Shown here one piece after another: positions 37,100-45,383 of a stretch of DNA of 64,000 nt (the first letter of the stretch is position 1; every line of letters begins with the position of its first letter). The notes beneath the pieces are model-generated. The model did not search any database. It worked only from the letters and a program-made list of their open reading frames with translations, and had not been told where the DNA came from. The stretch spans positions 928,001 to 992,000 of the forward strand of contig CAVSZB010000007.1 of assembly GCA_963732385.1 (NCBI GenBank), read 5' to 3'. The stretch is from an uncultured bacterium (lineage in GTDB: Bacteria > Krumholzibacteriota > Krumholzibacteriia > LZORAL124-64-63). Made by a program: the position numbers and the translations under genes.

Positions 37100-39615
37100 G
37101 GCGCCCCCACCGGCAATCGCGGCAGCCAAGACGGGCGCGGCAGCCGGTCGCCGGGATCGAACAGCGCCTTCAGCCCCGCGAGCAGCGGGAGAGTCTGCAG
37201 ATCGGCGGGCGGCGGCGGTTCCGTGAACGCGCCGTCGCGCACGATGGCGTCGAGCTGCCAGGCCTCCGCCATATCGTCGTGGAGCGGCTCCGGCGATCCC
37301 GCGCCTTGCGGGCACCGCGCGATCCAGACCAGGCGCGGCGCGGTCTGGAACACGACGCCCTCCCCCGCTCCGCCCGGCCAGCCGCGCGGCACGCCGCGCG
37401 GCGCCAGCAGGTCCCACGTCCGGCCCGCGCGCGCCCATGTCGGCCACCACGGATGCACGGCGAGTCTGGCCAGTTGCGCGAAGGGAAGCCGTATCTCGTC
37501 CAGGTCGCGCAGTCCAGCCGGGCCGAGAAGCGCCGTGAGCCGTTCCGCGCGCCGGTCCAGGTCCCAGGGACGATCGCGGCCCCCGGCGACGACCAGCAGC
37601 GACCAGCCGTCGACGGGTGTCCACCGGCCGGCGCACACCGCGCCGGCCAGGTCGGCGCCCCAGGTCGCCAGTTCGCGCGCCAAAGGAGCAAGGTCGGGTG
37701 GCGGCGCGCCGGGCCGGCTGACACCGCGCCAGGCGGCCACGGTCTCGGGCAGCGGCTTGAGTTGCAGCGTCGCCCCGGTCACGCGCGCCAGCGCCCCGCC
37801 CGCCCCGCAGAGCAGCCGCGCCAGATCGTACCCGGCGACATTCTTGAAGACCGGCGCGCCGGCGCGCAGCGCCCGGCCATTGCCGGTCACGGCCCACACC
37901 TCGAGCAGCGAATCGCGCAGGGGACCGGTGCCCAGCAGCGAGGGGCAGGGCAACCCGCGGTCGATCGCCTCGCGCAGCGCGGGGGCAGTTCCGAGCCCGA
38001 CCCCGCCCGCCTCGGCAACGACCGCGCCGCACGGGACCCAGAGGCCGCGCGCCAGCGCCAGCGCCTGGATCTCCGCCAGCGGCGCCTCGCCCGGCGCACG
38101 CACCGTGAGCGATTCCCAGGCGAAACTGATCTCCTGCGGCGCCAGCGCCAGCGCCCGCGCAGGCGCCGGTGCGCCAGGCGACGGCGGCGGCGGCAGCGCC
38201 TTGCCCGGGTTGACCAGCACGCGTGGATCGAACAGTTGTTTCACGCCCCGCATCAGGTCGGCCGCGACCGGGTCGAGCTGCCGCCCGATCACGTGCAGTT
38301 TCTCCAGGCCGACGCCATGTTCGCCGGTCACGCTGCCGTCGAGCGCCAGCGTGGCGGCCAGGATCTCGTCCGCCGCCAGGTGCGCGCGGCGGGTCAGATC
38401 GGCGTCGCGATCATCGTAGTGGACGCCGGGGTGCAGATTGCCATCGCCGGCGTGGAAGACGGTCGCCACCCGCACGCCATGGCTCCGACCGATCTCGCCG
38501 ACCAGGCGCACGATCTCCGGCAGCCGCGCCAGCGGGACCACGACATCCATGGTGACGTAGTTGGGCGCGAGGCGTCCCACGGCGCCAAACGCCTTCTTGC
38601 GGCAACGCCAGAGCGCCGCCCGCTCTTCGTCATCAACGGCCCGACGCACCTCGCGGGCGCCACGCTCGCCCAGCAGCCGCGCCGCGCGGTCCGCGTCCTC
38701 GGCCACGGCCTCGGCCAGCCCGCCGAACTCCACGATCATGGCCGCTTCGACGTCGGTCGGGAAACCGAAGTGGAACGCCTCCTCCACCGCCTCGAGCATC
38801 GCCTGGTCGACCATCTCCACCGCTTCGGGCAGCAATCCGGTGCCCATCAGGGCCACCACGGCAGCCGTAGCGTCGTCGAGCCTGGGGAACAGCGCCAGCA
38901 GGGTGATCAGCGTTGGCGGTTCCGGTGTCAGCCGCACGCGCGCGGAAGTGACGAGGCCAAGCGTGCCCTCGCTGCCGGTCAGCAACGCGCGCAGGTCGAA
39001 GCCGCGTTCGTACGGGAGGCCGGCGCCGGTGACGCACAGCTGCCCCTGTGCGTCCACCCACTCCAGCGCGAGGACGTGATTGAGCGTAACACCAACCTTC
39101 AGCGTATGTGGCCCGCCGGCGTTCTCGGCGACATTGCCCCCCAGCGTGGCGGCGCTCTGGCTGCTCGGATCGGGCGCGAAACAGAGGCTGTACGGGCGCG
39201 CCGCCCGGGAGAGACGCTCGTTCACCACGCCGGCCCCGGCATCGGCGCGACCGGCCTCCGCCGCGATGATGCAGCGGTCGAGCCGCGCCAGTCCGATCAC
39301 CAAAGCACCCGCGGGCGGCACCGCCCCGCCCGACAGACCGGTGCCCGCGCCCCGCGCCACCCACGGCACCCCGTGGCGCGCACAGGCCGCCACCACGGCG
39401 GCAGCCTGCGCGGCGTCGCGCGGCAGAGCCACCCCCAGCGGCGATCCCCCCGCAAGGTGCGAGGCATCGCGGGCATAGACCGCGCGGGCGGCCGGATCGA
39501 CCAGCAGTTCCCGCGGACCGAGCAGACGACGCAGGTCGCGCAGCAGCGCCAGGCCGGCCGACGCGGCGACGGGAACGGCGGAACCGCAGGCGGTGATGAC
39601 GGGCGACAGCGGCAA
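37096..39615 (-). CDS. glcD: FAD-linked oxidase: GlcD domain fused to a GlcE-like domain
   Basis: RGAGTGLSGGA, APDPSSQ, GGNVAENAGG, GSEGTLG, FHAGDGNLHP, GEHGVG, NPGK; then KNVAGYDLARLL..LQLKPLPE. Confidence 0.88.
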   Translation of the reverse strand: MPLSPVITACGSAVPVAASAGLALLRDLRRLLGPRELLVDPAARAVYARDASHLAGGSPLGVALPRDAAQAAAVVAACARHGVPWVARGAGTGLSGGAVPPAGALVIGLARLDRCIIAAEAGRADAGAGVVNERLSRAARPYSLCFAPDPSSQSAATLGGNVAENAGGPHTLKVGVTLNHVLALEWVDAQGQLCVTGAGLPYERGFDLRALLTGSEGTLGLVTSARVRLTPEPPTLITLLALFPRLDDATAAVVALMGTGLLPEAVEMVDQAMLEAVEEAFHFGFPTDVEAAMIVEFGGLAEAVAEDADRAARLLGERGAREVRRAVDDEERAALWRCRKKAFGAVGRLAPNYVTMDVVVPLARLPEIVRLVGEIGRSHGVRVATVFHAGDGNLHPGVHYDDRDADLTRRAHLAADEILAATLALDGSVTGEHGVGLEKLHVIGRQLDPVAADLMRGVKQLFDPRVLVNPGKALPPPPSPGAPAPARALALAPQEISFAWESLTVRAPGEAPLAEIQALALARGLWVPCGAVVAEAGGVGLGTAPALREAIDRGLPCPSLLGTGPLRDSLLEVWAVTGNGRALRAGAPVFKNVAGYDLARLLCGAGGALARVTGATLQLKPLPETVAAWRGVSRPGAPPPDLAPLARELATWGADLAGAVCAGRWTPVDGWSLLVVAGGRDRPWDLDRRAERLTALLGPAGLRDLDEIRLPFAQLARLAVHPWWPTWARAGRTWDLLAPRGVPRGWPGGAGEGVVFQTAPRLVWIARCPQGAGSPEPLHDDMAEAWQLDAIVRDGAFTEPPPPADLQTLPLLAGLKALFDPGDRLPRPSWLPRLPVGAP

Positions 39616-39659
39616 GGTCTCTCCGCACGATCAGGTCGAAGGGCGCCAGGGATCCTGTT

Positions 39660-40214
39660 TCAGATCAGGTCGCGCACGATTTCGGGGCGGGGGTTGGCGA
39701 TGATCGCGGTCTGGACGAGCATCCCCTTGCCCCGCGCGACCGCCGCGGCGCTCTCCACGGCGGCCGTGACCGCCGCGAGCTGCCCCGTGAAGGTGAGAAA
39801 CGCCTTGCCGCCGAGCGCCATGGCGAGACGCATCTCCATGAATTCCACCGACGCGGTCTTCGCGGCGGCGTCGGCCGCCTCGAGCATCGTGGAGACGCTG
39901 AAGGTCTCGACCAGGCCGAGGGCGTCGAGCGAGCCGGGCTGGCAGACGTTGCCCAGGGCCGGCAGCAGCGCCGGGTGGGCATGCGGCAGGATCATCTCGT
40001 CGACCAGCGACTCCGCCGCCGTGGCCGCTCCCGCGGCAACGCTCGCGCGGACCGCGCCGACATCCCCTTCGATCAGCACGACGTACTTGCCGGAGCAGAC
40101 GGAGCGGTTCATCAGCAGCCGTACGTCGGCCGCCTTGAGCATGGCGTCGGCCGACTCGATGCCACGCACGACATTACTGGTTTCGACCATGCCGAGTGAC
40201 GGATTGCTGCTCAT
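39660..40214 (-). CDS. pduT: Tandem BMC-domain shell protein, PduT-like (BMC-T)
   Basis: LGMVET..GIESADAMLKAA, RSVCSGKY (pore Cys), second domain ALGLVETFS..AADAAAKTA, LGGKA, IIANP. Confidence 0.88.
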   Translation of the reverse strand: MSSNPSLGMVETSNVVRGIESADAMLKAADVRLLMNRSVCSGKYVVLIEGDVGAVRASVAAGAATAAESLVDEMILPHAHPALLPALGNVCQPGSLDALGLVETFSVSTMLEAADAAAKTASVEFMEMRLAMALGGKAFLTFTGQLAAVTAAVESAAAVARGKGMLVQTAIIANPRPEIVRDLI

Positions 40215-40244
40215 GCCTGCTCCTTCGCGGCCCGACCGGCGACC

Positions 40245-41603
40245 TCAGCCGCGCACGATCACGGTGGCCGCCTCGCCGACGCCGGCCACGCGCCCGTCGC
40301 ACGGCGCGTGCACCGGGACTCCCATCTCCCCCTCGGCCACGTCGGCCACCAGCTGCCCCCGCGCCACCCGCTCGCCCGGACGCAGCCGCGGCCGTCCTAC
40401 CGCCCCGGCGTGCTGCCGGTGCGCCACGGTGAGGGTGTCGGGCAACGGGGCCAGGTCGCGATACGGCGCCGGCGCGTCGAAACGACGCAGGTCGAGCCGC
40501 AGTTTCAACATCGCCAGCGGCACGAGGCGGCCGTCGCGCAGCGGGTGAGCCTGGCCACGGTCGGGCGGCGGCTGCGGAAGCGGCCGGCCCGCGGCGGCGG
40601 CCGCGCGCAGCGCGCGTTTCGTCCAGCGGCAGGCGTCGCGCGGGGAGAGATCCTCGGGACAGGCGTACAGATCGCAGAGGCCGCACTCGCAGCAGAGGTT
40701 GCCCCACCCATCGAAATCGTCGGCGCGGTCGGGGCCGAAGCCGAGCCCCCGCATGACGCGATGCGGTTCGACGGCGTAACCGAGCAGATAGCGCGGGCAG
40801 AACTGCGTGCAATAGCTGCACTGGTCGCACGCCGAGCGACCGACGGCGCGCTTGACGCTCTCCGGCTCGGTAACGAAGCGGACCAGACGGTGCGTCGGCG
40901 GCAAAAACAGCAGGGCGGCGGTGGTCTTGGTGACGGCGTGGGCCGGGTCGCGCACCGGCCGGCCCATCATGGCGCCCCCCTCGAGGGCGATCCACGGCTC
41001 GACGCCGCCGGTGTAACCGCCGGCCTGGGCCAGCAGATCCCCGACCGGAGCGCCGAGCGGCACGACCGCCGTGTATGGCCGGCGCACGGCGCCGCAGACG
41101 GTCAGCCAGGTCCCGGTGACCGGCTCGCCGTCGAGCGCCGCAGCCAGATTGACCAACGTCTCCACATTCTGCACCAGCACGCCCACCTCGGTGGGGAATC
41201 CCCCCGCCGGAGGGCGCCGGCCGGTCAGCGCGTGCACGAGCAGGAACTCGTCGCCCGAAGGGTAGGTGTCGTCGAGCCCGGCCACCTCGAACCCGCGCCG
41301 TCGTCCGCAGGCCTGGCGCAACCGATCCAGCAACTCACCGCGTTTTTTCTTCACGGCGATGATCCGCCGTTTCGCCCCCACCAGTTCCGCCGCCCGCGCC
41401 ACCCCGTCGAGCAGCCGCGCCGTGCGTTGCTCCATCAGGTGGAGATCCTTCTCCAGCAACGGCTCGCACTCGGCGCCATTGGCGATGATCGTGTCCGCGA
41501 CGGCGCTCAGCTTGAGATGCGTGGGGTAACCGGACCCGCCGGCGCCAACCACGCCGGCGGCGCGGATCCGCGCCAGCGACTCATCCTTGTGTGCGCGACT
41601 CAC
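40245..41603 (-). CDS. pduS: PduS-like (RnfC-type) flavin/Fe-S oxidoreductase
   Basis: IRAAGVVGAGGSGYPTHLK, ANGAECEPLL, YPSGDE, NVETL, GGAMMG..VTKTT, CDQCSYCTQFCP, CCECGLCDLYACP, PVHAP; GTG start at 41603 or 41612. Confidence 0.88.
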   Translation of the reverse strand: MSRAHKDESLARIRAAGVVGAGGSGYPTHLKLSAVADTIIANGAECEPLLEKDLHLMEQRTARLLDGVARAAELVGAKRRIIAVKKKRGELLDRLRQACGRRRGFEVAGLDDTYPSGDEFLLVHALTGRRPPAGGFPTEVGVLVQNVETLVNLAAALDGEPVTGTWLTVCGAVRRPYTAVVPLGAPVGDLLAQAGGYTGGVEPWIALEGGAMMGRPVRDPAHAVTKTTAALLFLPPTHRLVRFVTEPESVKRAVGRSACDQCSYCTQFCPRYLLGYAVEPHRVMRGLGFGPDRADDFDGWGNLCCECGLCDLYACPEDLSPRDACRWTKRALRAAAAAGRPLPQPPPDRGQAHPLRDGRLVPLAMLKLRLDLRRFDAPAPYRDLAPLPDTLTVAHRQHAGAVGRPRLRPGERVARGQLVADVAEGEMGVPVHAPCDGRVAGVGEAATVIVRG

Positions 41604-41721
41604 CAAGCTCACAGCCGCCCGGATCGGGGTTGCGCGGGAACCGGCGCCGTACGGGCCGGCGGCGAACAGGCCGGCAGTATAGGCCAGGCCGGGGGTCCCC
41701 CACAAGCCCGGCTCCACCGAC

Positions 41722-41754
41722 GACATTGACGCTGCAATGTCACCTGCCTATAAT
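41722..41754 (+). promoter_or_regulatory. Strong sigma70 promoter of etfBA with a palindromic operator over -35
   Basis: TTGACG(41726)-N17-TATAAT(41749); GACATTG-N6-CAATGTC (41722-41741). Confidence 0.75.
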
Positions 41755-41809
41755 CCAGCCCGCGCTCGCGCCAATTGCCCGGCGCCGCCGACGGTCACGA
41801 GGAGGAACG

Positions 41810-42592
41810 ATGAAGATCGCCGTGCTGGTGAAACAGACTCCCGACTCCGAGACCCGGATCGGCCTGACCGGGCCGGCGTCGAAAATCGACGACACTAAAT
41901 TCACTCGCGTGCTGAGCCCCTACGACGCCTACGCCGTCGAGGAGGCCATCCGCATCCGGGAACGCACTCCCGGGACCGAGGTCACCGCCATCACCGTGGG
42001 ACCGCTCGACCGGGTGCGCGAAACGATCAAGAAGGACTGCCTCGCGGTCGGCTGCGACAAGGCGATCGTGGTCAGCGATCCGGCCCTCGCCGACGCGGAC
42101 GAAGCAGGCGTGGCGGCGGTCCTGGCGGCCGTCCTGCGGCAGGACGCCTACGACCTGATCCTCTGCGGCAAGCAGGCCATCGATGACGACGCCGCGCAGG
42201 TCGGCGTGCGCGTGGCGGAAATCCTGGGCCTGGCGCACGTCAGCGTGGTGACGAAACTGGAGCTTGCCGACGGCGCCCTGACCGCCCGGCGCGAAATCGA
42301 GGGGGGCCTCGAGATCGTCACCGCGCAGCTGCCGGCGCTCATCACCTGTCAGAAGGGGCTCAACGAACCGCGGCTGCCGAGCCTGCCGAACATCATGAAG
42401 GCCGGCGCGAAGCCGCTGCAGGTGATCACGTGCGCGGACCTCGGCCTGACGCCGCCCGCGCGCACCTACGAGATCCGCCAGTACGCGCCGCCGCCCGCCC
42501 GCGCGGCGTGCCGGCTGGTCCAGAACGACGATCCCGCCGCGGCGGCGGCCGAGCTGGCCAGACTGCTGCGCGAGGAAGCCAAAGTCATCTGA
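41810..42592 (+). CDS. etfB: Electron transfer flavoprotein beta subunit
   Basis: MKIAVLVKQTPD, PYDAYAVEEA, LCGKQAIDDD, REIEGG, NEPRLPSL. Confidence 0.96.
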   Translation: MKIAVLVKQTPDSETRIGLTGPASKIDDTKFTRVLSPYDAYAVEEAIRIRERTPGTEVTAITVGPLDRVRETIKKDCLAVGCDKAIVVSDPALADADEAGVAAVLAAVLRQDAYDLILCGKQAIDDDAAQVGVRVAEILGLAHVSVVTKLELADGALTARREIEGGLEIVTAQLPALITCQKGLNEPRLPSLPNIMKAGAKPLQVITCADLGLTPPARTYEIRQYAPPPARAACRLVQNDDPAAAAAELARLLREEAKVI

Positions 42593-42611
42593 GGAAGAGG
42601 GAGCCAGGACG

Positions 42612-43589
42612 ATGCCGAACATCGCCGTCTTCATTGAGCAGCGCGATGGCCAGGTCAGGAAAGTGGCCTGGCAGATGATCGCCGAAGCCCGCCGTCTCAC
42701 CGACCAGGCCGGCGGCGAGGTGTGGGGCGTGCACCTGCACGCCGCCGGTTGCGACACGGCGCAGCAGGCCGGCGCGCAGGGCGCACACCGGCTGTTCACC
42801 GCGCAGCACGACCAGTTCAGGCTCTACAACAGCGAGGCCTGGACCGCCGCGATCGTGACGTTCGCGCGCGAGCACAAGCCCGACCTCATCCTGATCGGCG
42901 CCACCGCCCTCGGCAAGGACCTCGCGCCGAAGGTGGCGCAGCGTCTCGGCGCCGCCTGCATCAGCGACAGCATCGCGATCCGGTACGACGGCGCCGCCTT
43001 CGCGGTGCGCCGCCCCATCTATGCCGGCAAGTGCTATGTGGACGTCGTGCCGAAGACCAGCCCCGCCGTGGTGGTCGCGCGCCCGAACGCCTTCGCCCTC
43101 GGCGCGGGCGACGGCGGCGCCGCCGCCGAGACCCCCTTCGCGCCCGGCGTGGACGGTATCGATCTGAAGGCGCGCGTGATCGAAGTGCAGGCGGCGGAAG
43201 GCCGGAAGGTCGAATTGACCGAGGCGGAGGTCATCGTCTCGGGCGGCCGCGGCATCAAGGGCCCCGAGCACTATCACCTGATCGAGGAACTGGCCGCCAG
43301 CCTCGGCGCCGCCGCCGGCGCCAGCCGCGCCATCGTCGATGCCGGCTGGGTCCCCCACGCCAACCAGGTCGGACAGACCGGCAAGACGGTCAGCCCCAAC
43401 CTCTACATCGCCTGCGGCATCAGCGGCGCCATCCAGCATCTGGCCGGCATGTCGTCGAGCAAGTGCATCGTCGCGATCAACAAGGATCCCAACGCCCCCA
43501 TCTTCAAGGTCGCCGACTACGGCATCGTGGGCGACCTCTTCCAGGTCGTGCCGGCGCTGCAGGCGGAAATCGGGAAATTGAAGGGGTAG
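42612..43589 (+). CDS. etfA: Electron transfer flavoprotein alpha subunit
   Basis: [48 protein letters not shown]. Confidence 0.97.
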   Translation: MPNIAVFIEQRDGQVRKVAWQMIAEARRLTDQAGGEVWGVHLHAAGCDTAQQAGAQGAHRLFTAQHDQFRLYNSEAWTAAIVTFAREHKPDLILIGATALGKDLAPKVAQRLGAACISDSIAIRYDGAAFAVRRPIYAGKCYVDVVPKTSPAVVVARPNAFALGAGDGGAAAETPFAPGVDGIDLKARVIEVQAAEGRKVELTEAEVIVSGGRGIKGPEHYHLIEELAASLGAAAGASRAIVDAGWVPHANQVGQTGKTVSPNLYIACGISGAIQHLAGMSSSKCIVAINKDPNAPIFKVADYGIVGDLFQVVPALQAEIGKLKG

Positions 43590-43617
43590 AAGCCGGCAAG
43601 ACCGCTCCGTACGCGAG

Positions 43618-43639
43618 GAAGCCGCCGCGGGGCGGCTTC
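43618..43639. terminator. Hairpin after etfA
   Basis: gaagccgcc-gcgg-ggcggcttc. Confidence 0.55.
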
Positions 43640-43692
43640 TGCGCAGGAACCGCCGACACGACCGGCCCGGCCGACGCTCCGGCGCCAGCCGC

Positions 43693-44073
43693 TCAACCCG
43701 CTGGCTCCTCGTCGTCGTCGTCATCCGGCAACTCGCGCCGCTCCGCGCTGATCCCCATGTAGTTCAGGTCGAGATCCTGCAGCAACTCGCGCACCCGCTC
43801 GGCCCAGGCGGGAGGAACCAGCAGGCGGGCCGGCTGGATCAGGGGGTCGATGACAGCGAAGGTCTCCCCGTGGAGAAGGTACGGGATGCCGTTCGCGTCG
43901 AGCAGACTCTTGATCATGAGGATGTCGCCGACGTTATAGGTCGCCAGGATCTCCTCGGCCTCGATCAGCTCGTCGGCGGCCGCGGCCGGGCGTTCCGGCA
44001 CCAGCGGCACATTGCAGTCGACGCAGGCCGCCACGCCGGCCTGGTATTCGGTCGTACATTTCGGACAGAACAT
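43693..44073 (-). CDS. Zinc-ribbon plus DUF2007-like small protein
   Basis: MFCPKC..CVDC; IKSLLDANGIP; LLVP..ERVRELL. Confidence 0.8.
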   Translation of the reverse strand: MFCPKCTTEYQAGVAACVDCNVPLVPERPAAAADELIEAEEILATYNVGDILMIKSLLDANGIPYLLHGETFAVIDPLIQPARLLVPPAWAERVRELLQDLDLNYMGISAERRELPDDDDDEEPAG

Positions 44074-44175
44074 GGACGTCGCCTTTCGCCAGGGTGCCGG
44101 TCGCCATGGTCGTACAGATCCCCGCCTGCCGACAGTCTCCGTTCACTTCCTGTTCAAAGCTCTGGCAGTCCGGTT

Positions 44176-45267
44176 TCAGGCGCGAGCCTGGCCCGGCCTG
44201 CCCGCCGCCGCGTTCGCCACGTGCCCTCCGCGCAGGCGTGTCTCGACCGCAGCCAGGGCGTCGTCCGCCTCGGCAACGAGTTCCGCGAGGATCTCGCGCA
44301 GCGGCTGCACGCGGTTGACGAGCCCGACGGACTGGCCGGCCATCAGGGACCCGGCCTCCACTTCGCCGTCGACCGCGGCGCGGCGCAGGCTGCCCACCCA
44401 GAAGTGCTCGACTTCGTACTGCGCTTCGGGGCGGGTGATCTCGCCCGCGCGGAGCCTTTCCAGCAGCGTCAGCTGCAGGCGTCCGAACTCCTCCATGGCC
44501 TCGTTTTGCAGCGCGCGCACCGCCACCACGGGCAGCTTGCTGCTGTACTGCGGCGTGGAGATCGCTTCGCGCGAGCGGGCTTTCATGAAGACCTGCTTGA
44601 AGCGCGCGTGGGCGCCGCACTCCTCGGCCACCACGAAGCGCGTGCCGAGCTGGGCGCCGGCCGCTCCCATCAGGCAGAGATGGCCGATCATGCGGCCGTC
44701 GGCGATTCCGCCGGCGATGAAGATCGGCACCTCGTCGAACCTGAACAGGATCTCCTGCAGCAGCACGGTCGTCGAGACATGCCCGATGTGCCCGCCCGCC
44801 TCGCTCCCCTCGAGCACGAGCGCGTCGGCACCGTAGTCGATCATGCGCCGGGCGATGGAATCGGTGCTGGCGAAGCAAATCACCTTCGCGCCGGAATCCT
44901 TCGCCTTCTGCACCTCACTCTGGCGCGGGATCGAGCCGGCGAAAAACATGTGGCTGAGCCGTTTCTCGCAGATGATGTCGAGGTGCGCCTGGTAGTTGGG
45001 CGCGATGACGATGATGTTCGCGCCGAACGGCCGGTCCGTCAGGGCGCGCGTCTCGTCGATGGAAGCGGCGAACTGCGACGGCGGCAGATTGCCCGCGGCC
45101 AGCACGCCGAAGGCGCCCAGGTCGCTCATCTGCGAGACCAGCTTCGGCTCGCTGATCCAGGTCATCGCGCCGCACATGATCGGCAGTTCGACACCGAGAA
45201 AATCCTGGCCGGCCTGCCAGAGCCGGTTCAGGCGCGGAGTCGACCGTACGCTCTCCTGCTTCGCCAT
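44176..45267 (-). CDS. Nitronate monooxygenase / FabK-like enoyl reductase (FMN TIM barrel)
   Basis: PIMCGAMTWIS, PFGANI, EGSEAGGHIG, AGGIADG, GAQLGTRF, MAGQSVG. Confidence 0.88.
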   Translation of the reverse strand: MAKQESVRSTPRLNRLWQAGQDFLGVELPIMCGAMTWISEPKLVSQMSDLGAFGVLAAGNLPPSQFAASIDETRALTDRPFGANIIVIAPNYQAHLDIICEKRLSHMFFAGSIPRQSEVQKAKDSGAKVICFASTDSIARRMIDYGADALVLEGSEAGGHIGHVSTTVLLQEILFRFDEVPIFIAGGIADGRMIGHLCLMGAAGAQLGTRFVVAEECGAHARFKQVFMKARSREAISTPQYSSKLPVVAVRALQNEAMEEFGRLQLTLLERLRAGEITRPEAQYEVEHFWVGSLRRAAVDGEVEAGSLMAGQSVGLVNRVQPLREILAELVAEADDALAAVETRLRGGHVANAAAGRPGQARA

Positions 45268-45383
45268 CGTCTCTCCTTCGCTCGCGCGGCGCACGAACCG
45301 ATACCGGGATCGCCCGGGCCGGACAGCCGGACGGCGCGGTTATCATACTTCAGCGGTCCTGAATCGCAAGATCGGTCGGGCGC

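Noticed and set aside
37279..40548. 1089-aa plus-strand ORF
   Set aside because: Antisense shadow of glcD, pduT and pduS
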